36,044 nt of DNA from an uncultured archaeon (lineage in GTDB: Archaea; Asgardarchaeota; Lokiarchaeia; Sigyniarchaeales; SOKP01): NCBI GenBank assembly GCA_964525635.1, contig CAZGJX010000036.1:1-36044 (forward strand), written 5' to 3'. Below the pieces are notes generated by a model, which was not told the DNA's origin, searched no databases, and saw only the letters and a list, made by a program, of their open reading frames with translations. Within the stretch, counting starts at the first letter, position 1; every line of letters starts with the position of its first letter. Shown one piece after another: positions 28,771 to 36,044 of this stretch. The position numbers were made by a program, and so were the translations under genes.

Positions 28771-31700
28771 TTAAGAATCTATTTTTTGTTGTAATGTCAT
28801 TATATTTTTAAGTTGATCAGTACTCATCTCTGTTAGCCAGCTCTCACCAGTTCCAATTATACTCTCGGCTAACTCCTTTTTATTTTCAATCATCTCATCT
28901 ATTTTTTCCTCAAGTGTCCCCTCACATATAAATTTATAAACTATCACATTCTTGGTCTGTCCAATGCGATATGCGCGATCTGTTGCTTGATTCTCTACAG
29001 AGGGATTCCACCAACGGTCAAAATGGAAAACATGACTTGCTTGGGTAAGATTCAAGCCAACGCCCCCTGCTTTCAGAGAAAGCACAAATATTTTTGGACC
29101 ATTCATTTCCGAAAATTTTAAAATCATTTTATCTCTCAACTTTTGGGATAATCCTCCATGCAAATAGAAGATTTCAGCATTAATAGTTTCTTGGAGATAT
29201 TTATGAATAATTGCACCCATTTTAGCAAACTGTGTAAATATTAAAGCATTATGTCCTTCAGAAACAATTTCCTCTAGCATTTCTACTAAACGGTTTAATT
29301 TTCCTGATCTTCGATGTACTTCAGAACCATCACCTAAAAAGTGTACAGGATGATTGCATATTTGTTTCAATCTGGTGAGAGCCGAGAGTACAAGACCTTT
29401 TCTCTTGATACCAGTTTCATCATCTATTTTATGCAATATATCATCTACCACTGCCTTGTAAAGAGTAACTTGTTCTCTTGTTAGGTTGCAATAGACATTT
29501 GATTCGATCTTTTTAGGTAAGTCTTTTATAATAGTAGGGTCATTTTTGAGTCGGCGGAGCACGAAGGGTTGAACGATGGTTTTAAGGTGTTGTTTTGCTG
29601 TTATATCATTATATCGCTCGATGGGAAGAGAGAACTTTTTATGGAAATTGGTGATTGAATCCAAATAACCTGGATTTAGAAAATCCATTATTGACCAAAG
29701 TTCCGATAATCTATTCTCGACTGGTGTTCCTGTTAAAGCAACCCGATAATTTGCCTTAAGTTTTCGAACAGCTTGAGATTGTTTAGTGTAATAATTCTTA
29801 ATGTTCTGCGCTTCATCCAATATAAGGGAATTCCATTCTATTTGAGAGAATTTATCTTCTTCCCTATGTATAAGTCCATAAGTGGTTATTATAAGATCAT
29901 AATTTTTCACATTAGTTATGAATTCTTTTAGATCCATTCGATTTGTACCATGATGGATGAATACATCAAATGAAGGGGCAAACCGATTCGATTCCCTTTT
30001 CCAATTTCCAAGTATTGAGGTTGGACAGACTAATAAGTTTGTTGCTTTCCCATTCTCTTCTCTATCCTTTAACAAGAGCACGAGTAATTGGATCGTCTTA
30101 CCAAGCCCCATGTCATCAGCAAGACATGCCCCAAGACCGTATTGACGTAAAAACCACAACCAAGCAAATCCTTTTTTTTGATATGGACGCAATTTACCTT
30201 CAAATTTAACTGGTTGGTTTTGCATTACTATTTTTGTTTTACCCAATATTTGGTTGAAAATTTTGTTCAAATTTTCTGTTGCACTATAACTCATAATTGG
30301 AAGTTCTTGATCCCTCTCATTAACTTTAAATGTCAATCTTAATGCTTTAGAGAGTTCTAATCCTCCAGAATGGCTTTTTTTGAAATAGTTCAAAGCTTTA
30401 TCGATGTCTGATTTTTTTAATTCGATCCATTCACCCCGAAATTGTACGAGAGGTACTTTCAATTCTGCTAATTTCTCAAGATCTTCCTTGCTAATGGGAG
30501 TGTCTCCTATTGCAACTTGCCAGTCGTATTGAATAACATTGTTAAAATTTAAAATACCCATACCAGTTTTAGGTACTTGCTTAAATTTTAGATTTAACTT
30601 TAATCCTAAAGACGCTTTCATCCCATTGTCTTTCCACCATGGGGGTATGAGAACTCCAAAACCACTTTCTTTGAATAGTATTGCTGATTCTTTTAGAAAA
30701 TGATATGCTTCATTTATTGAAAGTTTGGCTTCTGTTGGAGTAATTGAATTCAAACTAATTTCGATAGGGGGAAAGATGCGACAAGCAGATCCCAAGTCTT
30801 TTAACAATTTTTCTTGGGGATGGTTGAATTTGCGGTTTAGAAAGTTTAGTGTTGCTTTTTTTTCTCCCCAGACCTTTTCGGTCGGCACGAGTAAACTTGG
30901 ATCATCAATGGCTTGCAGGAAATATCGTAAAATCCAATGACCCAAAGAACCATCATTCTCATCAGGAGCCTCTATGCGAAAACAAGTCCTAAATGAAGCT
31001 TTCTCCTCCTCTTTAATTTGATCCTCCCAGCGAGTTATTGATTTCAATAATTTATCAGACTCTGTAAATGAACATTGTAAAGACTGCCCCGTTAATAAAG
31101 ATTTTAACCAATAATTTGCGAGAGAGGTTTTTTTTAAATTTATCCTTGAATTATTTAGCCAATTCTGAATATTACAATTAATACAAGAATTAATATAATG
31201 CTGTAAGAGAAATTTTTTGGACTTAATGATTTTGTTTTCTTGAAGAAAAGCAATACATACTGTTGGCATTGATTTAATTAATATAGAAATGCGATTTTTA
31301 TTATCATCTTTAGTAATTACACTACTCCATTTCGCATATCTGTTTTTACTATGATTATCCAATTCTATAATATTTGGAATAAATCTTTGTTTAGATAATA
31401 ATTCTAAAGTATACTTGGAGACTTGGCTCCAGAAAATTAAATCATTACCCAGATGGGTATTGAGATTATTATCTGTTGTTTCAGAAAGGTAGAAGAGAAA
31501 AAAAAATACCTCCTTTAACGGTATTTTAAAACCATTTAGAACCCAAGGACGTAAATCTATTGACTCTATTTGTTTATTGGGAACATTTCTAGCTAATATA
31601 TAATTTGAAGCTTGTGGAATATTTGAGATGGTAGGAAATAAGAAAGAGATATTATCAGAACTTAATTTTTTACTAATATCTATTATGTTATTTGTTTGTA

Positions 31701-31875
31701 ACAATTCTATCCCCTTCAAGAGATCAAATTGATTAGCCATAAATGGATGAAGAGGAATTTTAGGCATCCTTCCTCTACGTTTTACCATATTAGATAATAG
31801 ATTCTCACCCCATATAAAGAAGTTTCCATTATATCCATTATCAGAAGGTATCCACGTTCCATGTAATATGATCAT
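28771..31875 (-). CDS. SNF2-family helicase/translocase
   Basis: LRPYQ, LADDMGLGKT, DEAQ, TGTPVENRLSELWS, SLKAGGVGLNL, QATDRAYRIGQ. Confidence 0.95.
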   Translation of the reverse strand: MIILHGTWIPSDNGYNGNFFIWGENLLSNMVKRRGRMPKIPLHPFMANQFDLLKGIELLQTNNIIDISKKLSSDNISFLFPTISNIPQASNYILARNVPNKQIESIDLRPWVLNGFKIPLKEVFFFLFYLSETTDNNLNTHLGNDLIFWSQVSKYTLELLSKQRFIPNIIELDNHSKNRYAKWSSVITKDDNKNRISILIKSMPTVCIAFLQENKIIKSKKFLLQHYINSCINCNIQNWLNNSRINLKKTSLANYWLKSLLTGQSLQCSFTESDKLLKSITRWEDQIKEEEKASFRTCFRIEAPDENDGSLGHWILRYFLQAIDDPSLLVPTEKVWGEKKATLNFLNRKFNHPQEKLLKDLGSACRIFPPIEISLNSITPTEAKLSINEAYHFLKESAILFKESGFGVLIPPWWKDNGMKASLGLKLNLKFKQVPKTGMGILNFNNVIQYDWQVAIGDTPISKEDLEKLAELKVPLVQFRGEWIELKKSDIDKALNYFKKSHSGGLELSKALRLTFKVNERDQELPIMSYSATENLNKIFNQILGKTKIVMQNQPVKFEGKLRPYQKKGFAWLWFLRQYGLGACLADDMGLGKTIQLLVLLLKDREENGKATNLLVCPTSILGNWKRESNRFAPSFDVFIHHGTNRMDLKEFITNVKNYDLIITTYGLIHREEDKFSQIEWNSLILDEAQNIKNYYTKQSQAVRKLKANYRVALTGTPVENRLSELWSIMDFLNPGYLDSITNFHKKFSLPIERYNDITAKQHLKTIVQPFVLRRLKNDPTIIKDLPKKIESNVYCNLTREQVTLYKAVVDDILHKIDDETGIKRKGLVLSALTRLKQICNHPVHFLGDGSEVHRRSGKLNRLVEMLEEIVSEGHNALIFTQFAKMGAIIHKYLQETINAEIFYLHGGLSQKLRDKMILKFSEMNGPKIFVLSLKAGGVGLNLTQASHVFHFDRWWNPSVENQATDRAYRIGQTKNVIVYKFICEGTLEEKIDEMIENKKELAESIIGTGESWLTEMSTDQLKNIMTLQQKIDS

Positions 31876-32388
31876 TGTTCAAAAGTACAGTTTCTTTATA
31901 AAAAAATTCTATTATTACCAATAATAATATTTAATGTATAATTAAATATCTTATTTTAACGATAAATCCATTTTTTATCAACTATTTAATAATTGAGAAT
32001 ACTTGTAAGAATTTGAAGAATTTATCTATAAAAAATTCCTTTTCAAGATTAATCTTCAATATATTTTATTAAATCTTAAATGAGATATCAATTATATATA
32101 GCTTAAAATTAATATTAAGATTAAGATATAACCTGAGATTATATGGTATATTAAATCAATTAAAGAAATACTAGTAAAGTTTCTAAAATAAGAAGAAACT
32201 TTTAATTTAAATAAATTAAATTCTTTCATTTAATTTAATTAAATAAAATATTAATTATTAAAAGAAAATCTTTTTTTAACCAAATAGAAGCATATGAAAG
32301 CTTAAAAAGAAAGATTTATGAAAGAAAAATATAATATTAATTTAAAATATGCTATAACTTTTATAATGATATTAGATAAAATTTCAAA

Positions 32389-33264
32389 ATGATAAAATTA
32401 ACTTTCGAATTATATCCTGAAGACGGTCAACTAAAACCATATGAGCACCCCTACGGATATATTTTTCGTGGAGTGATTATGAAATGGTTAAATGAAATTA
32501 AACCTGAATTAGTTCATATACTCCATGAATATGAACAAATCCGTCCCTATTCTATAAATTGTATTATTCTGAATAAAATACCAAAAATCGATTTTATACT
32601 TGTATCTACTGAAGAAAATCTTAGCAATGCTCTTATTCAAGATTTAATAACTACTGAAAAAGTCAAACTTAAAATCGGACAGAAAGATTATTATATCTCT
32701 CAAATCAAATTCGAGCGAATTAATTTAACGGTTATAATTGAGGAAGCGAGATCAGTGAAATCATTCAATATAAATTTTCCAACACCCGTATATTTTAACA
32801 CAAGCATGGGAGATTATTCTGTAAGATTCCCGATTCCCAATCTTTTATTCGGTAATTTAATTAATATCTGGAATAAAATTAATGAGGAAAATTCAGAAAT
32901 AGATAAAGATTATTTTATAAATTGGATTAATGCTCATGTCTATATTAGTGGTTATAAAATGAAGTCCGTTAAAAGGGACATTGGAAAACCTCGCCCAGTG
33001 GCTGGTGGAATTGGAAATGTTTCATATAGAGTTATTAAGATAAATAAAAATTACTATACACATCTTTTGAAAAGTCTAGACAAGATATATGACTATGAAT
33101 ACGTTAATCAAGATTATTTAGGAAATTGTAAATGGTTAGAAATTTTATGTAAACTTGGTCAATATACTAATGTAGGGGGAAACCGTACAGCAGGTATGGG
33201 CGTTATGAAATATTATCCGAAAATATATATATCCGATAACGATTTAATAAAGAAGGTAATATAG
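32389..33264 (+). CDS. cas6: CRISPR pre-crRNA endoribonuclease Cas6
   Basis: LH....IRPYS, FPTP, C-terminal Gly-rich loop GQYTNVGGNRTAGMG. Confidence 0.9.
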   Translation: MIKLTFELYPEDGQLKPYEHPYGYIFRGVIMKWLNEIKPELVHILHEYEQIRPYSINCIILNKIPKIDFILVSTEENLSNALIQDLITTEKVKLKIGQKDYYISQIKFERINLTVIIEEARSVKSFNINFPTPVYFNTSMGDYSVRFPIPNLLFGNLINIWNKINEENSEIDKDYFINWINAHVYISGYKMKSVKRDIGKPRPVAGGIGNVSYRVIKINKNYYTHLLKSLDKIYDYEYVNQDYLGNCKWLEILCKLGQYTNVGGNRTAGMGVMKYYPKIYISDNDLIKKVI

Positions 33265-33339
33265 AAAAAAAGTAAGCTTTCTATACTGTTTAATCGGATT
33301 CTTATTTTAATAACAGAAAGCAAGAAGAAAAGGTTTAGA

Positions 33340-35544
33340 TTAACATTGAAATTCTACATTTTCTATTGTTTTTTTTAAGTTCTTTAAATTGTTATCAGAA
33401 AAATAATTTAATTCTTTTGATAGATAGCTTAAGAATCTGATGAGTCCTCGTTGTACTTTTTTCATAGCAGTTTTTGATTTAACCCATTTGTAATCAATGA
33501 TATATTTTTTTAAAAAGAGATTTAGTAGATTTTCATTTAATTCTTTTTTAAAATTCTCTAAATGTATCTTTAAATTAAAAAAAATAAATTTTAAGAATTT
33601 TTTACAAATATTAAGTTTCTCTTGAATTGTTTTTTCGCTTAATTCTTTATCTCTCAACCATTTTTCAAAAGAATTTAAAATAGGAAGAAAATCCTTTTCA
33701 AACTCAATTTGGATAGTATTTAATTCTTTTACGTACTTTTTTTCATTGAATTCCTCCCAATCACTACAAGATACCTCAAAATTGGGAAATACATTGTCTG
33801 TATAAATTAAACATTTAACGGGACAATAGACACAATCAGCAGCTAATTCATTGAGTGATAATTGTATAATTTCATAGAACTCTCTTAATGGAATCAAGGT
33901 TTTTATTAAATAAAAATAGGGTTCTTCAAATGACTTTTTTAATGCATCTTCAATCCATTTTTTAGAAATTAGTAAATCCAGAAAAATAGAGTCTTTTGAT
34001 TTATTATGTTTTAAATTATTCTCTAAAATCTTGTTGACTATATCATGAGTAATCTTAAAACAAAATTTTAAGAATTCTTTATTGAAGAAATATACCATTA
34101 TCTCTATATTTAGATTATGTATTAATTCAACCATGTTTAAAGCGATACTTATACCAAATTCAAAAATAAAATGATTTCTATTAGTATGTTCTATTTTATT
34201 AGGGAAAAAGTATAAGGGATCTACAATAAGATCGTCGAATTTTTCATTAGATTCATAATTATTAATAGTTTTATTATAATAGATTAAGAATTTAAGAATA
34301 TTGTTAGTATTTTGAGTCATTAGTTCTTCTAATTTAGAGACAGTAGTATTATTTATTTTCAATTTATCTATCCCATCTTTGGATTCAATTTTTTCTTTTA
34401 TCCAAAATCGGTTTAGAAAATTAATTAATCTTTCGGGATTCAGTAGCCCTGCCACTTTAAGATATTTTTTAAAAGGTTTTGAAAGTTGGTAAGCAGAATA
34501 TGCTAATTGAACATATATGTTAAAATCTAAGGGAATAAATTTAAGTAAATGACCACACAATATATAGGAACTATTAAAATATCCTCCTATTTGCAAGATA
34601 ATAGATAATTTTAAGTAAGCATGAATTTTAAATGAATCTAACTCTATACTTTTTAAGTAGCATTTTAGAGCATAGTGATGTTGGTGTAATTCACTAAGAA
34701 TATCACCTTTTAATATTAATCCTGGGACCAATTTAGGATGTTTCTTTAATACTCGATTGATCAATATTAATGCTTTATTATTTTTTCCCTTAAAATGTAA
34801 ATCACGTGCTTCAAAAAATTGTAAAAGATTATCTTTCATCAGTGATTTGATTTCAATTTCTTCTGAAAGTCCTAATAAAAAATTCTTTCTCTTCTCAATT
34901 GAATTGTATATCTTATCTAATTGATTAATAATATTATTTATTTTTAGATCAATATTTTTAGGCAGATTAAAACCTATCATCTCTTGAGAGTTAAAAATAG
35001 GCGATTTTTCATTTAGAGGGTTTATCTCATTTATGATTTTATCAATTTCAAAAAATTCATATGTATCTTGAAATAGTTTATTAGATAAGTCAAACTGGTG
35101 CATAGATCCTATATATTTCATAGAATTTTCATAAAACTCGTCTAAAGTATGATTATCTATATTAAGGTCTTTGAAGAGGTCTGTAATTGATTTTTCTAAT
35201 TTATATCCCGCAAAAAAGAAACTTTGGTATAATAATAATAGTCTAAACATAGTTTTTTTCTTATTAACATTTTCTCTTAAGTAATTAATCGTTCTTGAAG
35301 GAAGGGAATATAATTTCAAAAAAGTATCTATAACATATAATAATTTTATAAAAATTTTCTCATCATCAATTTCTTCAAATAATTTAAATATAGCTTCTAC
35401 AACTATTTTTTCTGAATAAGTTTCTATATTATCTAAAAAAGAATCAACAGTAGATTTATCTAGCTTTTCTAAATCAATATTTTTCGAAAAATCAAGGATT
35501 ATTTTTGATACAAAATTTAATGTTTGATTTAATTGAGATATCAT
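33340..35544 (-). CDS. TPR-repeat protein with a CxxC motif and a C-terminal integrase SAM-like domain
   Basis: TPR pattern ALILINRVLKKHP...KGDIL..L.....ALKCYLKSIELD; CVYCPVKC; FEKWLRDKELSEKTIQ...RFLSYL. Confidence 0.75.
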   Translation of the reverse strand: MISQLNQTLNFVSKIILDFSKNIDLEKLDKSTVDSFLDNIETYSEKIVVEAIFKLFEEIDDEKIFIKLLYVIDTFLKLYSLPSRTINYLRENVNKKKTMFRLLLLYQSFFFAGYKLEKSITDLFKDLNIDNHTLDEFYENSMKYIGSMHQFDLSNKLFQDTYEFFEIDKIINEINPLNEKSPIFNSQEMIGFNLPKNIDLKINNIINQLDKIYNSIEKRKNFLLGLSEEIEIKSLMKDNLLQFFEARDLHFKGKNNKALILINRVLKKHPKLVPGLILKGDILSELHQHHYALKCYLKSIELDSFKIHAYLKLSIILQIGGYFNSSYILCGHLLKFIPLDFNIYVQLAYSAYQLSKPFKKYLKVAGLLNPERLINFLNRFWIKEKIESKDGIDKLKINNTTVSKLEELMTQNTNNILKFLIYYNKTINNYESNEKFDDLIVDPLYFFPNKIEHTNRNHFIFEFGISIALNMVELIHNLNIEIMVYFFNKEFLKFCFKITHDIVNKILENNLKHNKSKDSIFLDLLISKKWIEDALKKSFEEPYFYLIKTLIPLREFYEIIQLSLNELAADCVYCPVKCLIYTDNVFPNFEVSCSDWEEFNEKKYVKELNTIQIEFEKDFLPILNSFEKWLRDKELSEKTIQEKLNICKKFLKFIFFNLKIHLENFKKELNENLLNLFLKKYIIDYKWVKSKTAMKKVQRGLIRFLSYLSKELNYFSDNNLKNLKKTIENVEFQC

Positions 35545-35829
35545 TATTGGATTCCTATTTTTTTATTTAATCTTGCTCTATCATAATGTTTTAATTAGTT
35601 ATATTTATTTATCGTGGAAATTATTTTCTTTTTAATATTTAAAAAGTAAGTAAAAAAAATAAAAGATTATAAAATAAAATTTATTATTGATAATAAAAAA
35701 CTAATTAATAGCTATTTAATAAACATTATTCCCTCATAATATAAAATTCATTAAGGATTTTGTCGGAAAAGAATTTATACATAAAAAATCTAAAATAGTT
35801 GATTTTTTCTTTTGAAAATATTTAGTTAC

Positions 35830-36044
35830 TTAGACTTTAGGAATAATTTTTAAAGGGATTAGTCCATTCCAAATAACTTTAAATCCTATTAATTCTAAAA
35901 TTTTATCAGTTAATTGATATTTATTTAAAATTTCATGGATTTCAGAATAGTTTCGTTTCTTTCCAATCTCATCCTTGATTTTAGTTAAAAATAATGATGA
36001 AACGATTTTATTACCAATTATATAATAATTTGGAGGAAGCAATT
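35830..36044 (-). CDS. 3' end of a gene cut by the window edge (possibly DUF790/Bax1-like C-terminus)
   Basis: Frame open to the edge; LELIGFKVIWNGL tail. Confidence 0.35.
   Translation of the reverse strand, partial: LLPPNYYIIGNKIVSSLFLTKIKDEIGKKRNYSEIHEILNKYQLTDKILELIGFKVIWNGLIPLKIIPKV

Noticed and set aside
846-30940. Antisense or overlapping short ORFs within the permease, HEPN, mod, cas3, SWIM and SNF2 genes
   Set aside because: Shadow frames of well-supported genes

Overview
Very AT-rich archaeal DNA. The gene content and protein style suggest an Asgard/Lokiarchaeia-like host (inference). The window is a decaying mobile-element and defence island. At 2478-8219 (- strand) there is a nested group II intron complex. 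An RT-encoding IIB-type intron carries an ORF-less intron in domain I and a second, RT-truncated intron at the start of domain II. That second intron is itself interrupted by an IS4 element with 18-bp TIRs and a 10-bp TSD. The middle holds HEPN-MNT and VapBC toxin-antitoxin pairs, a broken IS1, and an intact type III R-M Mod gene flanked by a ruined Res gene and a PD-(D/E)XK nuclease remnant. The right part has a stand-alone cas3, a Csa3/DUF6293-like regulator with one internal stop, a SNF2+SWIM pair, cas6 and a TPR protein. There is no full CRISPR array and no Cascade or adaptation gene. Instead, five copies of one 36-37-nt CRISPR-type repeat ending AAGAAGATTGAAAT are scattered over 14 kb: three solo copies and a two-repeat mini-array next to vapBC. 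This is the most intriguing signal in the window. All calls come from reading motifs by eye; no database searches were run.
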